Of a DNA stretch of 64,000 nucleotides, positions 8,671-21,311 are shown piece after piece; the first letter of the stretch is position 1, and the number at the start of each line of letters is the position of its first letter. Position numbers and translations under genes: made by a program. The notes under the pieces are model-generated. The model was not told the DNA's origin and ran no database searches. It saw only the letters and a list, made by a program, of their open reading frames with translations. Source of the DNA: a virus (taxonomy: Duplodnaviria; Caudoviricetes); IMG/VR virus record IMGVR_UViG_3300009082_000959. One strand, written 5' to 3'.

Positions 8671-8889
8671 ATGAATAGAGAAATTTTAAGAAACAAAGCG
8701 AAGAAAATGTATAAAGAGAACATAAAAAATGTTGCAAAGAATCAAAGGATATCTTTCAATGAGTTTTTTAAACGATACCGCGAGTCTCTCAAAAATAAGA
8801 GTTCAGACATCGTTGAGACAGAAGGCCAAGAAGACTTTGACTTGGAACAAGTAGCGAATGTGAATGAAGTAACGGAAAAGAAAGGTTGA
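8671..8889 (+). CDS. Hypothetical protein
   Basis: ORF with strong SD and upstream promoter. Confidence 0.65.
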   Translation: MNREILRNKAKKMYKENIKNVAKNQRISFNEFFKRYRESLKNKSSDIVETEGQEDFDLEQVANVNEVTEKKG

Positions 8890-8919
8890 TAAAGTAAATA
8901 TAATACTCTTAACAATTAA

Positions 8920-11639
<2,720 letters not shown>

Positions 11640-11645
11640 ATTTTG

Positions 11646-11675
11646 AATAGTGGGTGGCGTTGGCTGCCCACTATT
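11646..11675 (+). terminator. Terminator hairpin after groEL
   Basis: AATAGTGGG...CCCACTATT stem. Confidence 0.7.
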
Positions 11676-11740
11676 TACTCAATTCTAATAATATTTTTAT
11701 TTAAGAAAGGAAACCAAAATCCAATAAAAAGTGAGCACCA

Positions 11741-12835
11741 ATGGCCAGAAGCACTACACTGAAAGTAAAAAATACTACCGGAACAACCATTCCAAGAAAT
11801 TCGGCGGTTTGTCTTTTGGGGTTTGATTCAGTCGATCAAGTCTCTTTGATAGGTCTCGCAAGCAATGAAAGCGAGGACACAATGCCGGCCATTGGTGTTT
11901 TGAGAGAAGATTTACTCAATAATGAAATCGGTGTTGTGAAAATTAGTGGGCCGCTTGCTGGTTTTGATACATTGTCGCAGGCCGTGAATGACTATGTTTT
12001 TGTTGGGGTTGATGGTGCTGTGACTTTTGAAAACCCAGCAACACTAAACTCTACCGCCGTGTCCCAACAAATAGGAACAGTGTCACTGGTTGCAGAATAT
12101 CCCAATGGTCAAATTTACTTTTTTCCTGCGGAGATTAAAAATAGAGTATCTCACGCTGAATTAGTTGATGTTACTTCTGACCAACATCATACTAAAAATC
12201 ATTCAGACCAACACGAAGCAGGAGGAAATGACGAAATAAGCCATAGTCAATTGATTGGTTTAGATGAAGATGTGCATCAGCAATACTCTTTGGTTGATGG
12301 AACTCGTGCTTTCACTGGAACTGTTGGAGGAATATCGCCAACCCACGATGCCGACCTTACCACAAGACTCTATGTAAATTTGGAAGACAATGCTATAAAA
12401 GAAGAATTAGATGGCTATGCCTTGGTTTCAATAGAGAACGTGCGGTGGTCCGAACTAAACGATCAGACACAAAACATAAGAGATGCAATAGACGGATATC
12501 ATACACCAGGAGCCAACAATCTTACTGTCTTAAATACTGGCGGATTTATAGGAAATTACAAATATATCAATGATGCATATACAACAATTACGGTAGATTA
12601 TATAATAGGAGCCTCACATGGCCGATCAGTAACCGTAACATTTGGATCAGATTGCGAGGTAGCAGGCAGAGTATTTTATGTTTTCGATAACGATGGTAGT
12701 GCATCTGCACTAAATAAAATAATATTTGCGTCACAGTCTGGTAAAAGTTTGGTTGGCGCATATTCGGGCGGAATAACAGTTGCTTATTTATCAGTAATGT
12801 GCATTTGTGATGGGACCAAATGGATTATAAATTAA
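11741..12835 (+). CDS. Probable virion structural / tail-fibre-associated protein
   Basis: Gly/Thr/Asp-rich beta-type composition, His-rich HHTKNHSDQH segment, and a C-terminal GRVFYVFDNDG...CDGTKWII pattern seen in phage fibre proteins. Confidence 0.5.
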   Translation: MARSTTLKVKNTTGTTIPRNSAVCLLGFDSVDQVSLIGLASNESEDTMPAIGVLREDLLNNEIGVVKISGPLAGFDTLSQAVNDYVFVGVDGAVTFENPATLNSTAVSQQIGTVSLVAEYPNGQIYFFPAEIKNRVSHAELVDVTSDQHHTKNHSDQHEAGGNDEISHSQLIGLDEDVHQQYSLVDGTRAFTGTVGGISPTHDADLTTRLYVNLEDNAIKEELDGYALVSIENVRWSELNDQTQNIRDAIDGYHTPGANNLTVLNTGGFIGNYKYINDAYTTITVDYIIGASHGRSVTVTFGSDCEVAGRVFYVFDNDGSASALNKIIFASQSGKSLVGAYSGGITVAYLSVMCICDGTKWIIN

Positions 12836-12842
12836 GGAAATT

Positions 12843-13106
12843 ATGGAAAATTACATTAACGAAATACTCAAAAAATTCAACGAAGATCAAAATCATCCAG
12901 AATTAAACGATACAGAAAAAACTCTTTTAAAAAAAATGTTGGAAGTAAATAGTGTTGTTTTAGAAACAATAGAAAAAATAAATCAATTAAATAAAGAAAT
13001 AGATGAAAGAAAACGGCATGGAGATGAATTAGTTCAACAGGTGATTAAACTTCAAGGGCAAAGCCAGGGTATTTTAGATTCATTGTTGTTGCTAAAATCT
13101 AAATAA
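12843..13106 (+). CDS. Hypothetical coiled-coil protein
   Basis: ORF with SD AAGGA; heptad-like pattern. Confidence 0.6.
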   Translation: MENYINEILKKFNEDQNHPELNDTEKTLLKKMLEVNSVVLETIEKINQLNKEIDERKRHGDELVQQVIKLQGQSQGILDSLLLLKSK

Positions 13107-13117
13107 CGAGGTTTAAA

Positions 13118-13411
13118 ATGAGCAACGAGAAAATTGCCGAAAGCCAAAAAGACAAAGCAATGCGGTTGATGTTTGCATTGTTTTGTGAAAGGGTAAGGGG
13201 AAAATGGGTTGTATCAGTTGGCCGTGTGTCATGGTGGCTATCATTTATTCCAGCATTATATATATGGCTGTTGTGTCCTGGCGAGGGTGTTGTTTCAGAT
13301 ATAACAGACCACCATATGACGTTGCTTATTACTCTGGCGGCATATAATTTAGGAAAGCATGGTCTCGAAGCAATGTTTAAAAAGAAGGAAGAAAAAGAAG
13401 AAGTAGCATAA
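13118..13411 (+). CDS. Small membrane protein, holin-like
   Basis: Two hydrophobic segments and a highly charged C-terminus (KKKEEKEEVA). Confidence 0.4.
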   Translation: MSNEKIAESQKDKAMRLMFALFCERVRGKWVVSVGRVSWWLSFIPALYIWLLCPGEGVVSDITDHHMTLLITLAAYNLGKHGLEAMFKKKEEKEEVA

Positions 13412-13434
13412 TAAACATTTATAGCTATAAAATT

Positions 13435-13460
13435 GGCCGACTTTTTGTCGGCCTTTTTAT
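13435..13460 (+). terminator. Rho-independent terminator
   Basis: GGCCGAC-TTTTT-GTCGGCC followed by TTTTTAT. Confidence 0.75.
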
Positions 13461-13472
13461 TTTGGGGCCGAC

Positions 13473-13697
13473 ATGATTTATAATACGATAAGTATAGAAG
13501 TATTTTCAAAACAATTAAAAGAATCATTGAGCGAGAGAGTGGAAAAATTTTCCAAACATATGGAAGAAAAATTTAAAAATAATCCGGAATCATCTACCCT
13601 AAAATCTAAACAAGATTGGATGGTAGAGTATCAAAAATGGATAGTAGCAGAGAGTATAAAGAAAAGTTGCATAGACTACATTGGAGAGACACAATGA
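13473..13697 (+). CDS. Hypothetical protein
   Basis: ORF track; ATGA-coupled to the next gene. Confidence 0.55.
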   Translation: MIYNTISIEVFSKQLKESLSERVEKFSKHMEEKFKNNPESSTLKSKQDWMVEYQKWIVAESIKKSCIDYIGETQ

Positions 13698-14317
13698 GAA
13701 TAGTTTGTATTTCTGATACACATAGAAATCACAGGAACATTAATGTTCCAGATGGTGACGTTCTGGTTCATGCTGGTGATATAGGATTAGAAAAATGTCA
13801 TCCGGGGTTAGTGTCCGACTTTAATGGTTGGCTTGGTAATTTGCCTCACAAGCATAAAATTATTATTCCAGGCAATCACGATTACTACATAGAAAGATTT
13901 CCAAAAGAAGTTAGAGAACAACTCACTAATTGTAATCTTTTAATAGACCAATCAATAATGGTAAAGGGTATTAAATTTTATGGTTCTCCTTGGCAACCAG
14001 AATTTTTTAATTGGTCTTTTAATCTGCCGCGGGGTGAAAGATTAAAAAAAGTGTGGGATAATATTCCAAGTAGCACTGATATACTAATTACGCATGGACC
14101 TCCTGCTGGAATTTTAGATAAAACTTACGATGGATTATCTGTTGGGTGCAAAGATTTGCTTGAAAGAATTGACGCCTTAAAATTGAAAGCGCATATATCA
14201 GGACATATTCATTTCTCGTATGGCTCTGTGAAAATTGGAGATACTACTTTTGTGAATGCCAGCCTGTGCGATGATAGAAATATTTTAATAAATGAACCAA
14301 TAGTAATAGATATTTAG
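13694..14317 (+). CDS. Calcineurin-like metallophosphoesterase
   Basis: ISDTH, HAGD, PGNHD, ITHGPP, GHIH motifs; start MRIVCISDTH at 13694. Confidence 0.9.
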   Translation: MRIVCISDTHRNHRNINVPDGDVLVHAGDIGLEKCHPGLVSDFNGWLGNLPHKHKIIIPGNHDYYIERFPKEVREQLTNCNLLIDQSIMVKGIKFYGSPWQPEFFNWSFNLPRGERLKKVWDNIPSSTDILITHGPPAGILDKTYDGLSVGCKDLLERIDALKLKAHISGHIHFSYGSVKIGDTTFVNASLCDDRNILINEPIVIDI

Positions 14318-14324
14318 GTAAAAA

Positions 14325-14678
14325 ATGATAGTTTTACACGATGTATATACTGCATATTTGTCTGGTTTGACTACCAAACTCAACGAAAAAGAAATTTGGT
14401 GGAAAACTCCTTACGGATTAAGTGTTACAGTAGAATTGGTTAATGTTCGGTGGGAAAAGTATATTGTTAGACGATATTGGAGCAATGGTAATGTATGCTG
14501 GGAAAGAAATTATTATAAAGATAAACAGCACGGTTCAGACAAAAGTTACTATGAAAATGGCAGTATATGGCTTGATGCCAACTGGTGTAAAAACCGTTTA
14601 AACGGTTGGATAAGTGAATATTGTAGCGACGGAACATTAATATACAAACAAAATTACAAACACGGAAAATTACTATGA
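14325..14678 (+). CDS. MORN-variant repeat / YwqK-like protein
   Basis: MIVLHDVYTAYLSGLTTKLNEKEIWWK leader plus repeats. Confidence 0.75.
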   Translation: MIVLHDVYTAYLSGLTTKLNEKEIWWKTPYGLSVTVELVNVRWEKYIVRRYWSNGNVCWERNYYKDKQHGSDKSYYENGSIWLDANWCKNRLNGWISEYCSDGTLIYKQNYKHGKLL

Positions 14679-15163
14679 CAGATTTACATATAATGATGAC
14701 TAATTATCTTGCCTTAGCAGCTAAACAAAAAACTGATATGACACTTTTGCACGATGCCTACGCAGCATATTTGTCTGGCCTTACCACTAAAAAAAATGAA
14801 AACGAAATTTGGTGGAAAACCAAGGATGGATATAAAATTACCGTAGAATTGGTAAATTTAAGATTGGAAAAATATATTGTAAGGGACTACTATGATGACG
14901 GTAGTTTGTGGAGCGAAGAAAATTATCGCAAAGGCCAATTACACGGTCGGCGTGTGAGTTATTTTAAAAATGGCAAGTTAAGATGTGAAGAAAATTATTA
15001 CAACAGTCAATTACACGGTTTGTATAAAGAATATTATGAAGATGGTAGTTTAATGTTCAAAATAAGTTATGACAAAGGTCAATTACATGGGCCAATAATA
15101 GAATACCGTGATGGCAATATATATAGTACAACCACGGACAAAGAATATGACACTTTTACATGA
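14675..15163 (+). CDS. MORN-variant repeat / YwqK-like protein with doubled leader
   Basis: Degenerate leader MTDLHIMMTNYLAL, then MTLLHDAYAAYLSGL at 14738; YYxDGSL...GQLHG repeats. Confidence 0.75.
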   Translation: MTDLHIMMTNYLALAAKQKTDMTLLHDAYAAYLSGLTTKKNENEIWWKTKDGYKITVELVNLRLEKYIVRDYYDDGSLWSEENYRKGQLHGRRVSYFKNGKLRCEENYYNSQLHGLYKEYYEDGSLMFKISYDKGQLHGPIIEYRDGNIYSTTTDKEYDTFT

Positions 15164-15743
15164 CGCCTACACTGCTTATTTGGCTGGTTTGACTACCGAA
15201 ATAAAAGCTGGAATATTATGGAAAGATGAACACGGAATAAATGTGGTCATTAAAATAATTGATGCTAAAAAAGAAACATATAGGGTTCGTTATTACCACA
15301 AAAATGGAACAGTCGTTAATGAAAAACACTACAAAGGTAATTTTTTACACGGGCAATCGATAGAAAGATATACATCGGGAAAAATAAAAAAGATAAGTAA
15401 TTTCAATAAAGGCATTGAATGCAAATTTTCCATAGTATATGATAAATTTGGCCAAAAAATAATAGAAGAAACCTTTAATAATAAGGGTGCGCCTATTGAT
15501 ATAAAAAGATACGCAGATGGTAAAATATATTTTCATATGGTAACTATTTCAAAAAATACTCGTGATGTAGAACATTATGATGAGAATGAAAACAAATGCC
15601 GTGTAGATAGATTTTGTGATGGGAACCTTATCTGCAAAACAGAATACCACATTAATGGCAAAATAAAGAGCATAAGACGTCACGGGGAATTCATTGCATA
15701 TGATACAGAGGGTAATATTATAGAAAGAAAAATTTATGAATGA
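15147..15743 (+). CDS. MORN-variant repeat / YwqK-like protein (divergent)
   Basis: MTLLHDAYTAYLAGL leader; YYHKNG, YTSGK, YHINGK repeats. Confidence 0.7.
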   Translation: MTLLHDAYTAYLAGLTTEIKAGILWKDEHGINVVIKIIDAKKETYRVRYYHKNGTVVNEKHYKGNFLHGQSIERYTSGKIKKISNFNKGIECKFSIVYDKFGQKIIEETFNNKGAPIDIKRYADGKIYFHMVTISKNTRDVEHYDENENKCRVDRFCDGNLICKTEYHINGKIKSIRRHGEFIAYDTEGNIIERKIYE

Positions 15744-16590
15744 TATTATTGTTGATATTTTTTGCAAACTTCGTGGTCATTTTTTTGACACCGCGCTAAA
15801 CCCAATACCGTTTCACTTGCGGCCTAAAATAAATACGCAAGATGACCCGCTTGACGAATACATAACAAAAGAGATATTATCAAAGTTGAGCGGTGGCATA
15901 AAGTGCGAGCGTAGTGGTTCTCTTACTTCACCGGATGCAGTGATTTATAGCCAAGATGCAAGTCAATTACATCCGATACAATTAGATAATAATATTAAAA
16001 AAATGGTTGGATTAGAAATTAAAAAAGTGGGAAGACGCAACAATGGGACACTTGCGAGATTAAATACAATAGATTTTAATTCTACCCCGCCGTGTGGAAC
16101 AATATTAGTTTATAGTAATTTAGATGAATCAATGCCCATCAGATGTTTTTATCTATTTGTTTGTTTAGAGAAATCAAAAAAGAATGTTTTTATTTCTTCA
16201 TTATCTTTGGTGGATGGTGACCTACTAAATGATGACTTTGATTTTTATTTAAGCATTGTTGGTGAGAGAGAAAAAACAATTAGCCTGGGCTCTTATGGTG
16301 ATGGAATTAATAGGTCAAGGCCAATGCTTGTGTTTCCTAATCCCTTGTCAATTTCTGTGTTCGATCGTAATGCTACACTAATACATTACGATACAAACAT
16401 TCACGGTATGTCAAAAATAGCGACAATAAATAGGTTAAATGTATCTGGCACAAACAAACAATTTACTTGTTATTGTGCAAAGGGTGATTCGAAATTAAGC
16501 GAAATCATAAATCTTGGAGACCCATTTACTGTTCCGAAAAATAGAAGCATAAGAACAAATCAACGAGGAAAGTTTAAAATATCATTTTAG
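15736..16590 (+). CDS. Putative PD-(D/E)XK nuclease, type II restriction-endonuclease-like
   Basis: SPDAVI...GLEIKK motif spacing typical of PD-(D/E)XK enzymes; size 284 aa. Confidence 0.45.
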   Translation: MNDIIVDIFCKLRGHFFDTALNPIPFHLRPKINTQDDPLDEYITKEILSKLSGGIKCERSGSLTSPDAVIYSQDASQLHPIQLDNNIKKMVGLEIKKVGRRNNGTLARLNTIDFNSTPPCGTILVYSNLDESMPIRCFYLFVCLEKSKKNVFISSLSLVDGDLLNDDFDFYLSIVGEREKTISLGSYGDGINRSRPMLVFPNPLSISVFDRNATLIHYDTNIHGMSKIATINRLNVSGTNKQFTCYCAKGDSKLSEIINLGDPFTVPKNRSIRTNQRGKFKISF

Positions 16591-16597
16591 GGAAAAC

Positions 16598-16915
16598 ATG
16601 AAAATTACAAAAAGATGGAATAATTTAATAAATATTAGCAAAATAAATTACGATATGGTTGAGATAGATGAATCGGTATATGCTTGCGCCCCAAGCGTTT
16701 TAGATAATAAAGAAATATTAAACAGTTTGAGCACTGGGAAATTATGTGACTTTTACACAGTAGAAAGTTTAAAAGATAAAAGGTCGAGTCATTTAAATTT
16801 ATCTATTATGTGGGAGGCCGTAGCAAGGTGGGTGTATAGGTGTCAGTGTGGTGCTGAAAAAACTAAAACAACTCATTCATTGTGGTGTCCAAAACATGAC
16901 AGTCACAGAAAATAA
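16598..16915 (+). CDS. Hypothetical protein with C-terminal CxC...HxxxC zinc motif
   Basis: CQCGAEKTKTTHSLWCPKH. Confidence 0.6.
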   Translation: MKITKRWNNLINISKINYDMVEIDESVYACAPSVLDNKEILNSLSTGKLCDFYTVESLKDKRSSHLNLSIMWEAVARWVYRCQCGAEKTKTTHSLWCPKHDSHRK

Positions 16916-17033
16916 TGCATTATATTTTATAGTTTTTGTGAAGGGTTATAAATTATCAAACGATGAAACAAAGATTTATATTCTTTCAAAAACGGATGGC
17001 CGGCAGTTATGCTGGTATCCAATACATGATTAA
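16896..17033 (+). CDS. Small protein, possible divergent member of the short-ORF family
   Basis: MTVTENNALYFIVFVKGYKL. Confidence 0.4.
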   Translation: MTVTENNALYFIVFVKGYKLSNDETKIYILSKTDGRQLCWYPIHD

Positions 17034-17053
17034 TTTAGATAGGAGATGATGCT

Positions 17054-17350
17054 ATGTCAAAGTGTTATGATGAATTGGTTAAAGAAAACCAATCATTGAA
17101 AAATTTTATTCACAAAGTAGAAACATCACAAATGAGTTTGGTTATTGCTGATTTAATAGCATCAAAAGAAAATATCCAATTATTAGTTTTAAAGTATAAA
17201 GAACTGTTGGATAAAAATAGCAACCAAGAATTAGAGTTAAAAGATTATAGAAGTCATGTGCTAATGCTAAAAAATAAAATACAATTACTTGAAGAAGAGT
17301 GCGTAGTTTTGCACAACCAAGTTTATAATTACGAAAAATGGAGACAGTAA
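17054..17350 (+). CDS. Hypothetical coiled-coil protein
   Basis: ORF with SD AGGAG. Confidence 0.6.
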   Translation: MSKCYDELVKENQSLKNFIHKVETSQMSLVIADLIASKENIQLLVLKYKELLDKNSNQELELKDYRSHVLMLKNKIQLLEEECVVLHNQVYNYEKWRQ

Positions 17351-17583
17351 TGAGTTCATATAATGTCGATGAGTCCCTAAAAATAATTGATGATCTGTTG
17401 GGCGTTGCAGGCGAAGTATATGAAGCGACAATGAATGACCTTGTTGAGGTCGAGCAAGGTGTATGCCCCGAAGAAATAGAAATTGCGCAAACAAAATTTA
17501 AAGAAGTGGTAGAAAAACTTCGCAGAAGGGTTTCTGATTTACATTACCACATAGAGTATTTGGAAGAAAAAGATTGTTGGTAA
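17350..17583 (+). CDS. Hypothetical acidic protein
   Basis: ORF track, TAATG coupling. Confidence 0.55.
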   Translation: MSSYNVDESLKIIDDLLGVAGEVYEATMNDLVEVEQGVCPEEIEIAQTKFKEVVEKLRRRVSDLHYHIEYLEEKDCW

Positions 17584-17936
17584 TCATAAGATTGGAGGAT
17601 AATGTGAGTTATACTGTCGAAGAAGCATTCAAAGAAATAGAAAATGACAAGAAAGTTTCAGAACAAAAAAAGATTAAGGAATTGGAAGAAAATTATAAAT
17701 GTATGATAAAGACTATGTGTGAGTCTTATACTGGTCTTCGTTCTGCGTTATTTGATATTAGTTGTGATGGTTTCAATTACAATGCTAATAGTAATATGGT
17801 GAAAGTCACTACAACGGAAAAATGGGCCAATACTTTAATAGACCAGTGGATAAATAATGATCCCGATTTAGTGTTTATTAGCGGGAATTTCGTTACATTG
17901 TTGTCTGAATTTGTTATCAGAAATAGAGAAACTTAA
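17574..17936 (+). CDS. Hypothetical protein
   Basis: ORF track. Confidence 0.5.
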   Translation: MLVIIRLEDNVSYTVEEAFKEIENDKKVSEQKKIKELEENYKCMIKTMCESYTGLRSALFDISCDGFNYNANSNMVKVTTTEKWANTLIDQWINNDPDLVFISGNFVTLLSEFVIRNRET

Positions 17937-17955
17937 TATTTTTTGCGGAGGCAGT

Positions 17956-18138
17956 ATGCCAATTTACGAATATAAATGCAAACATTGTGGTAAAAAAATA
18001 GAGTTATTTCAAAAATTAGATGAACTTCCCCCGATGTGTGAGTGCGGCGCAGGCGAAATGTCAAAAGAAATTAGCCTTTCGACATTCATATTAAAGGGAA
18101 CTGGGTGGTATAAAACCGACTACAAAAATAAAAAATAG
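17956..18138 (+). CDS. FmdB-family zinc-ribbon protein
   Basis: MPIYEYKCKHCG...CECG...FILKGTGWYKTDY; SD GGAGG. Confidence 0.85.
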   Translation: MPIYEYKCKHCGKKIELFQKLDELPPMCECGAGEMSKEISLSTFILKGTGWYKTDYKNKK

Positions 18139-18146
18139 GAAGTGTA

Positions 18147-18542
18147 ATGAAAACAATACTTATGTTTAAAGATTATAACAAATATAAAAATATACTTTTT
18201 GATGTCTCCACAAAAGAACAAGAGAAAAAAATATACGCTTATATTTTGAAAAAATTCTTAAATAAAAAGAAGATGATTAAAACCCAAAAAGAAAATATGG
18301 CGAGAGTTGATTTCAGTTGCAAGGCTTGTAAAAACAAACGCTTTATTATAGCAGACAATGAAAAATATCCGTGCCCAATTTGTAGGGCCGATGATTCGGA
18401 TTTTATGTATCATGCGGGAGTGATTAAAAACATAGATTTTCTTTATGATAAAGCCCTAAACGGTAATAGAAAATCATTTAGATATTTGATGGAATACTAT
18501 TACGACGGCTACATAGAATATTTAAATGTGAAAGAAATATGA
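18147..18542 (+). CDS. Hypothetical zinc-binding protein
   Basis: CKAC...CPIC. Confidence 0.6.
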   Translation: MKTILMFKDYNKYKNILFDVSTKEQEKKIYAYILKKFLNKKKMIKTQKENMARVDFSCKACKNKRFIIADNEKYPCPICRADDSDFMYHAGVIKNIDFLYDKALNGNRKSFRYLMEYYYDGYIEYLNVKEI

Positions 18543-19021
18543 TTATAACAAACGCCGCACAATTAAAAATTCCGTGCAAAAGGATATCAATTTTTGAGGC
18601 ATTTCCAGTAATTGATTTACTTAAAATAGAATTAGAGCGCCATAAGAATGGCGTAGGTCTCGCGGCCAATCAAATAGGTATAGATGCTTGTGTTTGTGTT
18701 GTGCAATCAAATGAACTAATAGCCTTAATTAATCCGGTCATTGTTGGTGCATACGACTTGGTTGAATTTAAAAACGAAGGTTGTTTAAGTTTTCCAAATC
18801 AATATATAACAACCAAACGACATAATGAAATTTTTGTGAAGGATGATTTACACCCATATGGTTTGATATTTTATGGGTTTGAGGCCGTTCAAGTTGAGCA
18901 TGAGGTAGGCCACTTAAACGGAGAAACTATGTTTGATTATGAAATAAAAATACCACAAAGAAACGAGAAATGTTGGTGTGGCAGTGGAATCAAGTATAAA
19001 AATTGCCATGGTAAAAAATAA
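18539..19021 (+). CDS. def: Peptide deformylase with C-terminal SEC-C motif
   Basis: GVGLAANQIG, EGCLS, HEVGHLNG; tail RNEKCWCGSGIKYKNCHG. Confidence 0.9.
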   Translation: MIITNAAQLKIPCKRISIFEAFPVIDLLKIELERHKNGVGLAANQIGIDACVCVVQSNELIALINPVIVGAYDLVEFKNEGCLSFPNQYITTKRHNEIFVKDDLHPYGLIFYGFEAVQVEHEVGHLNGETMFDYEIKIPQRNEKCWCGSGIKYKNCHGKK

Positions 19022-19037
19022 ATGGAGAGTATAGAAT

Positions 19038-19991
19038 ATGAATAGTGAATATTTTTACGACGAAATTTTAAAAAGCGCGGGCAATGAAAAACAATTTAAA
19101 CTATTGATAAGTGTGGTTCCACCAAAAAATATATCTGATTTTTTGTGTATAAAAAGAATGGTGGAAGCAAAAAGCTATAATCCAAAAATATTAAAAACAA
19201 CCATAAATGCTATGTTTGACGCACACATAAAAAAAATAATTAAGACAAAAAATAGCTACTATTATGATGGCGGAAGAGACAATGTTGTTACATTATATGC
19301 AATATTAAAACATATTCAAATTAACAAAAAAGTTATTAAAAGAGTAATAGATATTCTACCATTTATTCCACACAAAATAGACTATGCTCCAATGTTGATA
19401 GCAACTATTCTAAAATACAAAATAAGTTCTGATGAGGCATATAAAATTTTTAATTCACAATGGGAATCTTTATCTCAAAAAAACAGACAACTATTACTAT
19501 CAAAAATTGATGGCGGAATTGACAATAAAAACTTTTGTAAATCTACAAGTAAATCAGTTGCTTTATTTGTGTCTGGCAAAACTGACGAAGAAAAACCTTT
19601 AAAACTTATGAAGAAATACATATTAAAAGATATAAGGTTGTCAAGTTTCTTACCACGGAATAAAAAGATTAATTTTACAAAAAAAGATTTAGAGGAAATG
19701 AATCCTGAAAATAGATTTTATATTCTCGACGAACTTTTGCCACTATCATATAGCTCGACACTTAAAATGTCTGAATTACTTTATATTAAACATTTTTCTT
19801 ATAATTGGGGCAAAACTACCATCGATATATTGCCGGTAGAGTGTATGGAAAAACTATTGTTTTCCGTCGTAATAGACAACGACACAGACGCCGGTGACTG
19901 GTTGAAAAATTATAGAATATTTGTTAAACTTGCTCCAAGGTCACCAATAGCGAAATATTTTAATTTTATGAAAGAGGAAAGCAATGATTGA
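19038..19991 (+). CDS. Hypothetical helical protein (paralog of next gene)
   Basis: C-terminal IDILPVECMEKLLFSVV resembles MDIIPEEQMNELLFSVV of 19984-20913. Confidence 0.6.
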   Translation: MNSEYFYDEILKSAGNEKQFKLLISVVPPKNISDFLCIKRMVEAKSYNPKILKTTINAMFDAHIKKIIKTKNSYYYDGGRDNVVTLYAILKHIQINKKVIKRVIDILPFIPHKIDYAPMLIATILKYKISSDEAYKIFNSQWESLSQKNRQLLLSKIDGGIDNKNFCKSTSKSVALFVSGKTDEEKPLKLMKKYILKDIRLSSFLPRNKKINFTKKDLEEMNPENRFYILDELLPLSYSSTLKMSELLYIKHFSYNWGKTTIDILPVECMEKLLFSVVIDNDTDAGDWLKNYRIFVKLAPRSPIAKYFNFMKEESND

Positions 19992-20913
19992 TGATAATAC
20001 TTATGCCGAAATTTTAAACAAAATAAAAGACGACATATATTTGTTTGATGGGTTTTGTAAAAAAGTCCCACCAAGTAATCCAGAACAAGAAAAAATTTAT
20101 TCTGATATAAATTGTGCAATACAAGAATCTGAAACGGACAAAAGAATTAACAAACTGCTAAATAATAAAAGCAAATTTTATAAGTTCGGCAATGATTTGA
20201 GTAAGATTATATCTTCCAAAAGAATGCACATAGGCAGTAAAACTATGAATCATGTGATAAAGTTTTTTATTAATAATGGGCATAGGTTTTATCCGTATGC
20301 TTCAAGGGAGTTAATAAAAGAAATATCACCAGATATTACTGACGAAGACACAGCAATAAAAATTTTGACGGCGCACAGCGGACATCTGGATAATAAATCA
20401 TGCGAGTTATTGTTAAATAAAATTAATTTAGGAACAGATAATCCTAATCTCGCAAGTGTATCTAAACTTAAAGTTTTTGCCGGAATAAAGGTTGCTCGCG
20501 CAGATTTAAGTATTCCAGAAGAAAAGATAAAGGTATTGAATATCATAGCACAAAGGCCAACACTCATAAAATATTTAAAGAGCCAGGTTAATTTTACTTT
20601 TGAGGAATTGAAAACTTTGCCACCCGTAAGAAGGTTTAATTTTTTGGAAGCAATGTTTTCAGGAATGCCAAGACACAGTCGTTTTAGGACTGGAACACTT
20701 AAAAGAGTAAATGCTATTACGTCGTATGTAAATGGTTACTGGGGAAATTTTAGAATGGACATAATACCAGAAGAACAAATGAATGAGTTATTGTTTTCAG
20801 TTGTAATACAAAAAAATAATAGGGTTGTAGATTTGTTTGAGAATTATAAGGAATTTTTAGGCTTTGTTCAAGCGCATAAATCACATTTTAATGGAATTTT
20901 AACTATAAAGTGA
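19984..20913 (+). CDS. Hypothetical helical protein (paralog of previous gene)
   Basis: Shares the INFT...L...P..RF..L and LLFSVV blocks with the previous gene. Confidence 0.6.
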   Translation: MIDDNTYAEILNKIKDDIYLFDGFCKKVPPSNPEQEKIYSDINCAIQESETDKRINKLLNNKSKFYKFGNDLSKIISSKRMHIGSKTMNHVIKFFINNGHRFYPYASRELIKEISPDITDEDTAIKILTAHSGHLDNKSCELLLNKINLGTDNPNLASVSKLKVFAGIKVARADLSIPEEKIKVLNIIAQRPTLIKYLKSQVNFTFEELKTLPPVRRFNFLEAMFSGMPRHSRFRTGTLKRVNAITSYVNGYWGNFRMDIIPEEQMNELLFSVVIQKNNRVVDLFENYKEFLGFVQAHKSHFNGILTIK

Positions 20914-20978
20914 GTCCAAGTAAATACTAAAATTTATTTAGTTTATTAGGAAACATTAACAGAAAAGTGAGGTAAAAT

Positions 20979-21296
20979 ATGGAAAAGTTTAATAAGGGTG
21001 ATAAAATAATGTTCGAAGGTCATACACTATACTATATGGATAGTTTCACAGATAACGATGGCCAAAATATACTGACTTGCGGCGGTCTTGGCGGGTTTCC
21101 AATTTATGTCCCAGAAGAAATGGCTACAAGAATAGAGTCGAGTTTTGAGGAGAAAGCTTTGGCAATTCTCGCTGATATTTCTTTGTCTATAAAAGATTTG
21201 AATGAAAACTTTGAAGGTATTTTGGGCGCCGGGCAAGAAAATGTATGCCACTGTGGTGACGAAGACGACGAGGATATTCCAGAAGACCTAAATTAA
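20979..21296 (+). CDS. Hypothetical protein, acidic tail
   Basis: SD GAGG; ORF track. Confidence 0.6.
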   Translation: MEKFNKGDKIMFEGHTLYYMDSFTDNDGQNILTCGGLGGFPIYVPEEMATRIESSFEEKALAILADISLSIKDLNENFEGILGAGQENVCHCGDEDDEDIPEDLN

Positions 21297-21311
21297 TTTG
21301 CGGAGTAAAGT

